Assembly: GCA_964491925.1 (NCBI GenBank)
Contig: CAZBGZ010000002.1
Span: 113,492-177,491, forward strand
Source of the DNA: an uncultured Candidatus Saccharibacteria bacterium
Lineage (GTDB): Bacteria; Patescibacteriota; Saccharimonadia; Saccharimonadales; JAGQNJ01
DNA: 64,000 nt
Direction of reading: 5' to 3'
The position numbers were made by a program, and so were the translations under genes. Below the pieces are notes generated by a model that worked only from the letters and a program-made list of their open reading frames with translations, had not been told where the DNA came from and searched no databases. Below, in pieces: positions 8,427 to 17,934 of this stretch; positions within the stretch are counted from its first letter, which is position 1, and every line of letters begins with the position of its first letter.

Positions 8427-9653
8427 ATGCCTTTGCATCGTCCCATAATTGACCGAGTCCTATATACTCTAAAGTTGATGAGTAAAACTATATGCATACT
8501 TGGTCGCCAACCATCACTGGGATTAGCAGAGTTAGAGAGTTTGCTGGGGGCAGATATTATCCGAGTAATCAACCCAGATGTTGCCCTGCTGGACGTCGAT
8601 CCTGAAGCTATGCCATTTTCGAGATTAGGAGGCACAGTAAAAATAGCAAAATTGATTTACGAGTTCCCGGAAGCTGAATGGAAAGAAGTTCGATTATACC
8701 TCGAGAAAACAGTCCCGAATCATTTAGATAGTGTGCCTGAGGGCAAGTTTACTCTGGGGCTTAGTGCGTACGGTCTTAACGTTAGTCCAAAACAACTGCT
8801 CGCGACTGGTCTCAGTATAAAAAAATCAGTCAAAACAGCAATTGGTCGTTCGATTCGACTAATTCCAAATAAAGATCCTGCTCTGAATAGTGCTCAGGTG
8901 ATCCACAATAAGTTAACATCGCCGAGCGGTTGGGAGTTGATTTTCGTAAAATCTGGAAATAAAATTTTGATGGGTCAAACAAAAAAAGAGCAAGATATTG
9001 AAGCCTACACCGCCAGAGACCAAAAAAGGCCTAAGCGCGATTCGGTTGTGGGTATGTTGCCGCCAAAACTAGCTCAGATAATAATTAATCTAGCAAATCC
9101 AGCCGAAAGTTCTACTATACTGGATCCGTTTTGTGGCACTGGTGTTATTTTGCAAGAAGCCCAGATTATGGGGTATAACAGCATTGGCACAGATATAGAG
9201 CCCCGAATGGTGGAATATGCCCAAGAAAATTTGGGCTGGTTGCAAAAATTTGTTAATAACCCCTCCTTGCAAGCTTCCCTAGAGGTTGCCGATGCTACTA
9301 ACCATACATGGACGCAAAGTTTTTCCAGTATCGCTTGCGAGACCTATTTAGGACGCCCCTTTTCACACGTTCCAGACACAAAAACGCTAGAAAAAGTCAT
9401 GCAAGATGTTCATTTGATTCACAAAAAGTTTCTTTCGAATATTGCCTCACAGACCAAAACAGGTTTTCGAATGACAATAGCCGTGCCAGCCTGGAAAATA
9501 AAACAAGGTTTTATTCACCTTAAAACCCTTGATTCTCTCGAGGAATTGGGGTATACTCGTATAAGTTTTGTTCATGCGAGCAATAAAGATTTGATTTATC
9601 ACCGCGAGGGCCAAATTGTTGGTCGCGAGTTAGTCACAATAGTAAGGAAATAA
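8427..9653 (+). CDS. UPF0020/Trm11-like SAM-dependent methyltransferase (putative RNA methylase)
   Basis: 408 aa. Motif I 'ILDPFCGTGVILQEA', then 'GTDIEPRMVEYAQENL' and 'VADATN'. Motif IV looks atypical ('IACETYLGRPF'). The alternative start ATG 8478 (MSKTICILG) is plausible. Confidence 0.6.
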   Translation: MPLHRPIIDRVLYTLKLMSKTICILGRQPSLGLAELESLLGADIIRVINPDVALLDVDPEAMPFSRLGGTVKIAKLIYEFPEAEWKEVRLYLEKTVPNHLDSVPEGKFTLGLSAYGLNVSPKQLLATGLSIKKSVKTAIGRSIRLIPNKDPALNSAQVIHNKLTSPSGWELIFVKSGNKILMGQTKKEQDIEAYTARDQKRPKRDSVVGMLPPKLAQIIINLANPAESSTILDPFCGTGVILQEAQIMGYNSIGTDIEPRMVEYAQENLGWLQKFVNNPSLQASLEVADATNHTWTQSFSSIACETYLGRPFSHVPDTKTLEKVMQDVHLIHKKFLSNIASQTKTGFRMTIAVPAWKIKQGFIHLKTLDSLEELGYTRISFVHASNKDLIYHREGQIVGRELVTIVRK

Positions 9654-9654
9654 T

Positions 9655-9927
9655 ATGTCACACGTCAAAGCAGGCGGTACAAGTAAAAATAACCGAGATT
9701 CCCAAGGACAGCGTCTTGGCGTAAAACTATTTGGTGGCGAAAAAGTTAAGACTGGACAAGTAATTGTCCGTCAGGTTGGCATGAACAAGCGTCCAGGCAA
9801 AGGCACTTTTATATCTAGAAACTTTACCATCCACGCAAAAAAAGACGGAATTGTACAATACAAAACACGTCGCTTCAAACTATTCACTGGCAAGACTGCC
9901 CCCCGAACCGAAGTAACCGTAGAATAA
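9655..9927 (+). CDS. rpmA: 50S ribosomal protein L27
   Basis: 90 aa. 'MSHVKAGGTSKNNRDSQGQRLGVK..G..V..G.IIVRQ' pattern. Confidence 0.9.
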   Translation: MSHVKAGGTSKNNRDSQGQRLGVKLFGGEKVKTGQVIVRQVGMNKRPGKGTFISRNFTIHAKKDGIVQYKTRRFKLFTGKTAPRTEVTVE

Positions 9928-10016
9928 ATATTAGATTTCTCAGTACGTCTTTTAACACAGTCAGTTAGCATCAATACCGCCGAGCGCAAACTCTGTTTTC
10001 TCTGTTTATTATAATT

Positions 10017-10397
10017 TTACACTCTGCCAAGGTGGTGTTTGATACGCTCAACGACGTCAGCAATAACAACTTGTGATTTTACTAGATAGTCGTCTGCTCC
10101 TAACTTTTCGGCTTTGTCTTTATCGGAATCTTGACTCAATGCAGTCAGCATCACTACTTTCAGATTGGCTGTTTCGGGCGTGTTTCTGAGTATGTCGAGG
10201 ACATCAAATCCACTAACTTTAGGCATCATTACGTCCAAAACAATTAGGTCGGGCTTATATTCTATGGCGGAAGCTAGGGCATCTTCACCGTTGGGTACGC
10301 GTTTAACAGCAAACCCTTCCGTCTCGAGACGCATTTTATAAACATTCGCTAAGCCATCGTCGTCTTCGACTAAAAGTATCTTTTTTTGTGAACTCAT
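10017..10397 (-). CDS. single-domain response regulator (CheY-like, canonical)
   Basis: 126 aa. 'ILLVEDDD', 'PDLIVLDVMMPKVSGFDVL', 'VVMLTAL' and 'DDYLVKS' show that all receiver signature residues are present. There is no output domain and no kinase nearby. Confidence 0.85.
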   Translation of the reverse strand: MSSQKKILLVEDDDGLANVYKMRLETEGFAVKRVPNGEDALASAIEYKPDLIVLDVMMPKVSGFDVLDILRNTPETANLKVVMLTALSQDSDKDKAEKLGADDYLVKSQVVIADVVERIKHHLGRV

Positions 10398-10511
10398 ATA
10401 CTGCTCATGGTAATATAATTACGCTATTTTTGCAAACTCAGAATTGAGCACGCTTACAGCCAGTCGAATTGGTAGTTTCAAAAGCTTTTTCAACCCAAAA
10501 AGTCTAGCGTG

Positions 10512-12125
10512 TCAAACAAGCAAACTGTGGATGAACCCCTCGAATAACGCTTGTGGGCGATTCGGACGTGAGTTAAATTCTGGATGAAATTGACTAGCTA
10601 CAAAAAATGGATGGTTTGTGGCTTCTATCATCTCTACTAGGTTGCCATCAGGAGACTGTCCGCTGACCTGGATACCCCAATTCTCATATTTATTCACATA
10701 TTCATTGTTGCATTCATAGCGATGGCGATGGCGCTCTTGAACTTCCTTTTTTCCATATAATTTGGCCGACAAACTACCCTTCTTAAGCTTGCAAGTATAG
10801 TTGCCAAGTCGCATGGTCCCGCCAGTTTCTTCTTTTCCTTTTTGGTCAGCCATAGTATGAATAACTGGATTACTCGTTGTATCGTCAAATTCGAGTGAAT
10901 TGGCGTCTGTTAGTCCAGCATTTCTGGCGGCCGCTATAACGCCAACTTGTAGTCCTAAACATAGTCCTAGATATGGTGTTTTGTGTTTTAGAGAGTACTG
11001 CGCGGCAATAACCTTGCCCTCGACTCCCCGTTCGCCAAAACCACCAGGAACTACAATACCATCTACTTTCTTAAGTATTTTAGCGGCAAGTGCAGAGTTA
11101 TTTTCTAACGCCTCCGCATCAACCCATAAGTACTCAAGCCCAACATTGTTGTGCCAACAAGCACTCTTTAAGGCTTCCATGACACATATATAGGTGTCCT
11201 CATTGTCTAAATACTTTGCAATGATACCAATTCGAACGGTCTTTCTCGGTTTTGCAACTATCGTGCCGACCATTAATTCCCATTCTTTCAGATTTGGTCG
11301 CCTAGCATGCAGACCTAGCCTGTTTACGATATAGTCCCCAATTCCCTGCTTTTCCAGAGTAAGCGGTACTTCGTAAACTGTCCTGGCATTCGGCAAAATA
11401 GCAATTCCGGCTTCCGGGACCCCGCAAAACGCGCTTAGCTTGCCTTTGATATTTTTTTGCCCAGGAATGGCTTCCGAGCGAGCTACCAGAAGGTCCGGCA
11501 CGATTCCCATGCTACGCAGGTCCCTAGTGGCATTTTGTGCCGGTTTCGTCTTTATCTCTTTACTGGTAGATAGATATGGTAGGTACACTACCTGGACATT
11601 CATACAATTCTCTCGCCCTACCCGCATGCCATATTCGCGTATCGCTTCGAAAAATGCAGGACTTTCATAATCACCAACTGTTCCTCCAATCTCTACAATA
11701 TGAACGTCGAAACCTTCGGCTGCCTTTGCAACAAACTCTTGAATAGCGTTTGTAAAATGTGGCACAACCTGTACTGTTTTACCTAAAAACTTACCATCTC
11801 TTTCGTCGTTGATCAATTTTCTTAGTACTCTACCGCTCATTACAGAGCTACTTTGTGTCAATTCAACATCCAAAAACCGCTCGTAATGGCCCAGATCGAG
11901 GTCGGTTTCGGCACCATCTTTCGTAACAAAGCATTCACCGTGTTCTGCAGGGTTTAATGTACCAGCATCTACATTTAGGTATGGATCAAGTTTTTGTATA
12001 TTTACTTTTAGGCCACGCGCCTTTAAGATGGTGCCAATCGAGGCGGCGGTTATACCTTTGCCGAGCCCTGATAATACTCCGCCTGTAACAAAAATATATT
12101 TAGTCTGCCGCCTTGTTAGCGCCAT
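10512..12125 (-). CDS. pyrG: CTP synthase
   Basis: 537 aa. 'KYIFVTGGVLSGLGKGITAASIG' at the N-terminus and a C-terminal glutamine amidotransferase domain 'GLCLGLQ'...'HRHRYE'. Confidence 0.95.
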   Translation of the reverse strand: MALTRRQTKYIFVTGGVLSGLGKGITAASIGTILKARGLKVNIQKLDPYLNVDAGTLNPAEHGECFVTKDGAETDLDLGHYERFLDVELTQSSSVMSGRVLRKLINDERDGKFLGKTVQVVPHFTNAIQEFVAKAAEGFDVHIVEIGGTVGDYESPAFFEAIREYGMRVGRENCMNVQVVYLPYLSTSKEIKTKPAQNATRDLRSMGIVPDLLVARSEAIPGQKNIKGKLSAFCGVPEAGIAILPNARTVYEVPLTLEKQGIGDYIVNRLGLHARRPNLKEWELMVGTIVAKPRKTVRIGIIAKYLDNEDTYICVMEALKSACWHNNVGLEYLWVDAEALENNSALAAKILKKVDGIVVPGGFGERGVEGKVIAAQYSLKHKTPYLGLCLGLQVGVIAAARNAGLTDANSLEFDDTTSNPVIHTMADQKGKEETGGTMRLGNYTCKLKKGSLSAKLYGKKEVQERHRHRYECNNEYVNKYENWGIQVSGQSPDGNLVEMIEATNHPFFVASQFHPEFNSRPNRPQALFEGFIHSLLV

Positions 12126-12189
12126 GTTGTTCGCCTGCCCTCTCGTTTACAGATTATATACTACCAAGAAACAAGTCGTTTACGCAATA

Positions 12190-13401
12190 TTAATTACCAT
12201 GTAACAGTCTCACGGCTGCATCTTTTTGTGGATCTTGTTTGGTCTTTATGTCTTCGTCCGTAAATTTTATCTTTTTGTCCGGATCGATTCCTTGTTTATC
12301 TATGTTCCGGCCACCAGGGGTATACCAACGAGCAATCGTAACTTTTAGCACACCTCCGCTAGGAATTTGAATTAAATTTTGCACACTTCCTTTCCCATAA
12401 GACTTCTCGCCCATAAGTGTTGCTGCCCTATTATCTTTTAGGGCTCCGGCCAATATCTCGCTGGCGCTGGCGCTACCACCGTCGATAAGTACGACTGTTG
12501 GTTTGCCACCCAAAATTGGGGCACTAGTGTCGGATGTGTGCGTTTTTATTACCTCTCCACCACGTCGCTCGGTCAAAACAACCTTCCCTTCGCTAATCCA
12601 GAGCTGACTCAAACTAACCGCGCTGTTTAGTAACCCGCCTGGATTCCCCCTAACATCAATAATTACGCCCTTGACCCCTTTATTTTTAAACTCTTGGGCA
12701 GCTTTTTCTGCCAAGTCAGCAGTTTCTTCACTGAAGGTTGTTATTTTCATGTATCCGATATTGCCGTTGATAATTTTGGATTCTACACTGGGTATTTTTA
12801 TAGTTTCTCTAACAATTTCAAAATTAAGCTCTTTACCATCTCTAGCTACCTGCAACTTTACGGTTGAACCTGATGGTCCTCTGATAGAATCTACAGCCTG
12901 GCTGATAGTCATACCTGAAGCAGGCTTGTCATCAATCGACACAATAACATCTTTTGATTTGAGACCTGCTTTTTGAGCTGGGTATCCAGCTATTGGTGAA
13001 ACGACAACTATGCTGCCCCCATCTTTCCCGAGTTCTGCGCCAATACCGCTAAAAGTACCGTTCAGGCTGTCATCAAAATCTTTTGTTTCTTTAGGGTTAA
13101 GATACTCTGTATAAGGGTCACCTGTGGATTCAGCCAAGCCATGTTTGATGCCATTTAGTAGTGTTTCGGTTGTCAATTTGCCGTCGTAGTTTTGTTTTAT
13201 TTCATCGTAAACTTGCTCTACGCTACCATAGTCCAGATTTTTGGGGAGCGTGGCATTCTCACTTTGAACCTTATTGATATAATCAGCCGTTATTCGTCCT
13301 GATCCCAAGCCCCATCCAAGCATAAAAATTGCAACGGATGCCAAAACTATTACAGAATATCGCCCAAGAAATCTAAACGAACTTTTTTTGTTTGATGACA
13401 T
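12190..13401 (-). CDS. ctpA: S41 family C-terminal processing peptidase with PDZ domain
   Basis: 403 aa. N-terminal TM, a PDZ domain ('SPIAGYPAQKAGLKSKDVIVSIDDK') and catalytic motifs 'GGSASASEILAGALKD' and 'GEKSYGKGSVQ'. Confidence 0.85.
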   Translation of the reverse strand: MSSNKKSSFRFLGRYSVIVLASVAIFMLGWGLGSGRITADYINKVQSENATLPKNLDYGSVEQVYDEIKQNYDGKLTTETLLNGIKHGLAESTGDPYTEYLNPKETKDFDDSLNGTFSGIGAELGKDGGSIVVVSPIAGYPAQKAGLKSKDVIVSIDDKPASGMTISQAVDSIRGPSGSTVKLQVARDGKELNFEIVRETIKIPSVESKIINGNIGYMKITTFSEETADLAEKAAQEFKNKGVKGVIIDVRGNPGGLLNSAVSLSQLWISEGKVVLTERRGGEVIKTHTSDTSAPILGGKPTVVLIDGGSASASEILAGALKDNRAATLMGEKSYGKGSVQNLIQIPSGGVLKVTIARWYTPGGRNIDKQGIDPDKKIKFTDEDIKTKQDPQKDAAVRLLHGN

Positions 13402-13451
13402 AAATCTAAGTATACAACAGCGTGATGATTAGCGTAACCTGAATTTGTCTC

Positions 13452-14585
13452 TTAGTAACTTCTAGTTTGGTAACTAAGTTGGCCTGTGAGATAAGTATTG
13501 TACTCGGATGTCGTAAAGTTGTTGCCAGAGACGCTCTGGACATACATTGCATGACCCCAATAGCCAGAAGTACTGATTGCAACATCACCTGGCATTGGTG
13601 TTCGGTAAATGGGTATGCCACGCGCTGCTGCTGCCCCTACCCAATCTCTAGCATTGCCATAATATGATGGGGCAGATCGTCCTGATGCTGCGACTGCCCA
13701 TGCAGCATACGATACACACTGCCTAGTGCAGTAGCCCCAAGGGTCTGGCCCGTCATTATCAACACACCCAGGCCCTGGACTCATGCCAAAACCTGCGTTT
13801 TTGTACGGATAGCTCCCGGGGCTAAAACTTTTTACAGTACCCGGAAAACGCAAGAAATAATAACCACCGTCCGGGTTAAAGTTAGCGACTCTCTGAGAAG
13901 CAATCAGTTTATCTATTTTCTCTTGATTGTTCTTAGTTTTTTGGTTGTAGTTTTCTCTTTGATTTTGGTTCAGCGACAGAAGGCTCCGCTGCTCACTCCG
14001 GCTAGAAGTTAATTGAGATTGTTGTTGTTTCTGATCTGCTAGAAGCGTCTCCACTTGCTCTTTCTGATCCCCGAGTTGATGCTTTAATTTATAAATAGTA
14101 TCAAGAGTAGATGTTATTTTATCTTGCACGGATGTTCTGTATTGTTCTTTGTCCACAAACTCGCTCAAGTCGCTACTAGAAGCCAACATCTCTAAGGTAG
14201 AAATATCTCCCTCTAAATACATGGCTCTTATATTTTCACCTAAAAGGTCCTGCTGTTTTTGAAGTTCTTGTTCGGCCTTTTTTATTTCCCTCGCCAATCT
14301 CGCTTGCTCTGCCTCGTTAGCATTTATCTTCCCCTGTAATTGGCTAATCTTTGCCTCGAGTTTATTTATCGCATCTTCGTAACTGACGGCTTGGTCTTCT
14401 AAATTCTCAACTTTTTGCTGGTTTTTGGCATTTTCACGTTGTAATTGGTTAATCTGGTCCTGAATACTAGCAAAAACCGGTGTAAAACCAACTCCTCCCA
14501 CGAATATAAATGCAGAAATTATGGCAGTTGCTAAATATCGTTTTTTTAGTCTCGGATGGTCTTTTTTGAACTGTTTTTGTTTCAT
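13452..14585 (-). CDS. coiled-coil + CHAP-domain peptidoglycan hydrolase (PcsB/CwlO-like)
   Basis: 377 aa. It has a signal or TM segment and about 200 aa of heptad-like Q/E/K-rich coiled coil. The C-terminal CHAP domain reads 'CTRQCVSYAAWAV...GDVAIS...GHAMYVQSV'. It lies immediately downstream of ftsEX. Confidence 0.75.
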   Translation of the reverse strand: MKQKQFKKDHPRLKKRYLATAIISAFIFVGGVGFTPVFASIQDQINQLQRENAKNQQKVENLEDQAVSYEDAINKLEAKISQLQGKINANEAEQARLAREIKKAEQELQKQQDLLGENIRAMYLEGDISTLEMLASSSDLSEFVDKEQYRTSVQDKITSTLDTIYKLKHQLGDQKEQVETLLADQKQQQSQLTSSRSEQRSLLSLNQNQRENYNQKTKNNQEKIDKLIASQRVANFNPDGGYYFLRFPGTVKSFSPGSYPYKNAGFGMSPGPGCVDNDGPDPWGYCTRQCVSYAAWAVAASGRSAPSYYGNARDWVGAAAARGIPIYRTPMPGDVAISTSGYWGHAMYVQSVSGNNFTTSEYNTYLTGQLSYQTRSY

Positions 14586-14665
14586 ATTGTTCGTCGATTT
14601 ATATCGACTTTTAATAAGCTCTAGCAGTATAGCATACCCCCTGTTAATTAATCAATGACTGTGTA

Positions 14666-15610
14666 TTATTTTGTGCTTTTGAATTTAAGGTACCGTCTGG
14701 TCGCTATCATGGAAGATACGGCACCAATTAGTATACCAAGCGTAAGCTGTATAGCAAGTATCAGCCAAAAATGTTTTGCAAAATAGTCACTTGCGTACTG
14801 AATGTCAAGCAAGCCCAATGTGCTGGCGTTGAATGCGTTGCTTTGTATAGAGAATACTATGCTACATAGAACCACTGAAATTATTGCAGACACGACTCCA
14901 TAAAAAACTGTCTCAACAACGAACGGTCCTCTTATGTACCACGTACTGGCTCCCAGCAATCTCATTATTGTCAGTTCGTCCCGTCGGTTAAATATTGCCA
15001 TCCGAATAGTGTTGAAAATTATTAGCATTGAAATCATTGCAAATACCACCACGCCCACTATCCCAGCTCGTCTTATAAATGTTGTAGCGCTACCGATTTT
15101 GTCAATCGCCTCTTTTCTGTCTCCAGAGTAAGAAGTTTGATCAGCCTGGAGTTCTTTAACTTCTGGCTTTTCCAAAAACTGCCTAATCGGCTCAATGTTA
15201 TCCGGGTTCGTCGGCTTAATTCTCAAACCAGCTGGTAACGGGTTATCAGTTTGTGATATCGCGAGTAAAAGCTTCAAGTTATCTTTATTTTGTTCTTTAT
15301 ATCGGTTAAGGGCATCTTCCTTTGTGTCATATTCAACGACTTCCACAGAGTCAAGAGTTTTTAAGTCGCTAATCAGTTTATCTTTCTGCTCTGTGCTAAC
15401 AGTGTCTTTCAAATATACTGATATATCAATTTTGTCGGTTATCTGGGTAATAGTATTAGCAAAAGTTGCATTGGCTATAACCGAGAACAACACAATACTA
15501 AGCGTGATAACCATCACAGCTATGGCAGCAACAGCCAACCAGGCATTTCGGAAAAAGTTAACAATACCTGTTTTTACTATTCTTTCAAATGTAATAAATT
15601 GTCGCCTCAT
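14666..15610 (-). CDS. ftsX: cell division permease-like protein FtsX
   Basis: 314 aa. TM1, a large extracytoplasmic loop and three C-terminal TM segments. It overlaps ftsE by 4 nt. Confidence 0.85.
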   Translation of the reverse strand: MRRQFITFERIVKTGIVNFFRNAWLAVAAIAVMVITLSIVLFSVIANATFANTITQITDKIDISVYLKDTVSTEQKDKLISDLKTLDSVEVVEYDTKEDALNRYKEQNKDNLKLLLAISQTDNPLPAGLRIKPTNPDNIEPIRQFLEKPEVKELQADQTSYSGDRKEAIDKIGSATTFIRRAGIVGVVVFAMISMLIIFNTIRMAIFNRRDELTIMRLLGASTWYIRGPFVVETVFYGVVSAIISVVLCSIVFSIQSNAFNASTLGLLDIQYASDYFAKHFWLILAIQLTLGILIGAVSSMIATRRYLKFKSTK

Positions 15611-16293
15611 ACTCCGCTCGAATACCTTCCCTGTGCTTTATCACTAACTATTTTTCCACCGTCAATAGTTATGACTCGTCTCTTCAGCTTATTAACAATT
15701 TCCTGGTTGTGGGTAGTCAATAAAACGGTCGTCCCATATTTATTAATTTTTTCCAAAACCTTTATTACATCCCAGGCATTTTTTAGGTCTAAATTTCCTG
15801 TTGGTTCGTCTGCGATTAATATTTTAGGTTGCCTAGCTATTGCCCTGGCTATTGCGACTCTTTGTCTTTCACCCCCAGATAATTGCCGTGGATACTGTTT
15901 CTCTTTGTTTTTTAATCCAACTATTGCCAGGACCCTTGGTACAGTATGTTTGATTTCATTATTGCTTGCGCCGACAATTTCTAGCGCAAAAGCTACGTTC
16001 TCGAAAACTGTCTTGTTTGGTAATAATTTAAAATCCTGAAATACCACACCGATTTTGCGACGAATTAACGGAATTTTTTTATCTTTAAGGTGCTCATAAT
16101 CGATCCCGCCGACAACAATTTTTCCGCTATTTGGGCGTTCTTCGCGTGTCAGCAACTTCAGAAATGTAGATTTTCCAGCCCCACTCGCTCCAACAATCAC
16201 AACAAATTCTTTGGGTTCAACGTGCAAAGAAACCCGGTCCAACGCCACGTTCGTTTTATTATATACCTTAGTTACCCTATCAAGTAGAATCAT
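15607..16293 (-). CDS. ftsE: cell division ATP-binding protein FtsE
   Basis: 228 aa. Walker A 'GASGAGKST', ABC signature 'LSGGERQRVAIARA' and Walker B 'ILIADEPTGNLD'. Confidence 0.9.
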   Translation of the reverse strand: MILLDRVTKVYNKTNVALDRVSLHVEPKEFVVIVGASGAGKSTFLKLLTREERPNSGKIVVGGIDYEHLKDKKIPLIRRKIGVVFQDFKLLPNKTVFENVAFALEIVGASNNEIKHTVPRVLAIVGLKNKEKQYPRQLSGGERQRVAIARAIARQPKILIADEPTGNLDLKNAWDVIKVLEKINKYGTTVLLTTHNQEIVNKLKRRVITIDGGKIVSDKAQGRYSSGV

Positions 16294-16368
16294 CAGATTA
16301 CTATTATAACAAAAGCATTTTAATAAAGAAGTGCTGTAATCACGAGTTTCCCACTACTAGTTGTGCAG

Positions 16369-17457
16369 TTAGTTTTTACCAATATTTGACTCTAGATAGG
16401 CGTTAATAAACAGGTCCAGGTCACCGTCTAGCACTTTTTGTACATCGTTTGACTCTTGTTTTGTCCGTAGGTCCTTTACCTGTTTATAGGGGTGCATTAC
16501 GTAAGACCTAATCTGATTGCCCCACTCTGCGGACTGATTCGGCCCCTTTAACTCGTCGATTTTTTCTTTATGTTGCTCAAGTGTCATTTGCACCAGTCGC
16601 GATCTAAGAATTGTTAGTGCGGTTTCCTTGTTTTGAAGCTGCGACCTTTCATTCTGAATAGAAACAGTAATCCCTGTTGGTATATGTGTCACCCGTACGG
16701 CAGAATCAGTAGTGTTAACAGACTGACCACCATGCCCCCCGGCTCTGTAAACATCGATTTTCAAGTTTTTTTCATCCAAAACTACTACTTCAGGTTCGTC
16801 GATTTTTGGCATTATAGCTACTTTTGCGAAACTTGTTTGCCTGAGGCTGTCAGCATTATATGGGCTAAGTCGGACTAACCGATGAACGCCGTGCTCTCCT
16901 TGAAGCAGACCAAATACGAATGGCCCATCGATTTCAACAGTTGCACTCTTTATTCCGGCTTCTTCGCCTGGAGTTGCAGTGATTAGCTTAACATCAAAAC
17001 CATGTGCTTCTGCCCAACGAGTGTACATTCTCTGCAGCATAGAAGCCCAATCCTGAGCATCAGTCCCACCTGCCCCCGCATATATATCCATTATCACATT
17101 ATTGTCATCATAAGACCCGGAAAACTGTAGCTCTGTTTTATGTAGCTCGAAGTCTTTTTTTAGCTGTAAATACTGTTTTTGTAGATCATTTTCCATGCTT
17201 GCATCACCAAAAGCAACCAGCTCAAGAAGTTCGTCACATGCAGTTTCTATATTTTTCCAAAGCTCTATACGTTTTTCTAAATCAGATGTTCGTTTCATCG
17301 TATCTTTAGGATCGTTTGAATTATTCCAAAAATCAGGCGACTGAATTATTTTTTGTAATTTTTCGTACTCTTTTACTAGCTCACTTAAGCCAATAGCGTC
17401 AACTGCGGAATTTATCTGTTTCTGCAGATTATTTAACTGTTTTTGAAGCTCTTGCAT
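16369..17457 (-). CDS. prfB: peptide chain release factor 2 (single ORF, no programmed frameshift)
   Basis: 362 aa. 'AGGTDAQDWASML', 'RLVRLSPYNADSLRQTSF' (the SPF position reads SPY) and '[23 protein letters not shown]'. The full N-terminal domain is in the same frame. Confidence 0.9.
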   Translation of the reverse strand: MQELQKQLNNLQKQINSAVDAIGLSELVKEYEKLQKIIQSPDFWNNSNDPKDTMKRTSDLEKRIELWKNIETACDELLELVAFGDASMENDLQKQYLQLKKDFELHKTELQFSGSYDDNNVIMDIYAGAGGTDAQDWASMLQRMYTRWAEAHGFDVKLITATPGEEAGIKSATVEIDGPFVFGLLQGEHGVHRLVRLSPYNADSLRQTSFAKVAIMPKIDEPEVVVLDEKNLKIDVYRAGGHGGQSVNTTDSAVRVTHIPTGITVSIQNERSQLQNKETALTILRSRLVQMTLEQHKEKIDELKGPNQSAEWGNQIRSYVMHPYKQVKDLRTKQESNDVQKVLDGDLDLFINAYLESNIGKN

Positions 17458-17492
17458 ATATTAATACGCATTATAGCAGTAGATATGAATCT

Positions 17493-17801
17493 CTAAAGAA
17501 TAGCTAAAACAAGAACGGCTAACGCAAGTAGCAGAACTACTCCCCCGACCATAACTAGAAAAATTTTCTTCTGTGGTGGTTTGGTCAGTGTTTCTGGCAT
17601 AACTTGCCCTGCAACGGGAGAATTATTTACAGGAGGTTGTACGACACTTTCGGCTGGCGTTGAGCCTTCTGGTGATGGATTTCCTACCGATGTTGAACCA
17701 GAGTTATTAGTGGGCTCCGTATTTACAGGATTACTGTTATCGCTTGGAGGGGGAGAACCTGGCCCTGGTATTGGGTTAGTCCCCATTTGTTGTTCATCCA
17801 T
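17493..17801 (-). CDS. Pro/Ser/Asn-rich low-complexity protein with C-terminal TM anchor
   Basis: 102 aa. A disordered P/S/N/G-rich region is followed by 'IFLVMVGGVVLLLALAVLVLAIL' at the extreme C-terminus. A Shine-Dalgarno-like 'AAGGAGAG' lies upstream. Confidence 0.5.
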   Translation of the reverse strand: MDEQQMGTNPIPGPGSPPPSDNSNPVNTEPTNNSGSTSVGNPSPEGSTPAESVVQPPVNNSPVAGQVMPETLTKPPQKKIFLVMVGGVVLLLALAVLVLAIL

Positions 17802-17934
17802 AAGTTAACTCTCCTTATTTTTATGTGTTAGTTTAAGTTTACTCCCGCGCTTATGGTTTTGTAAACCTAAGCCAGTCCCCACCGATAAACTCACCTTTTT
17901 GGTTTTAGTGAATTAATCAACTTTATATTTGTAA

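Noticed and set aside
8378-8635. 85-aa ORF on the minus strand spanning the divergent promoter region and the start of the methyltransferase gene
   Set aside because: It overlaps the 5' end of the better-supported plus-strand gene and the end of the membrane-protein gene. No motif or Shine-Dalgarno sequence supports it.
16369-17457. Programmed +1 frameshift site in prfB
   Set aside because: The full-length RF2, including the N-terminal domain, is read in one frame from ATG 17457. There is no short upstream ORF ending in an in-frame UGA.
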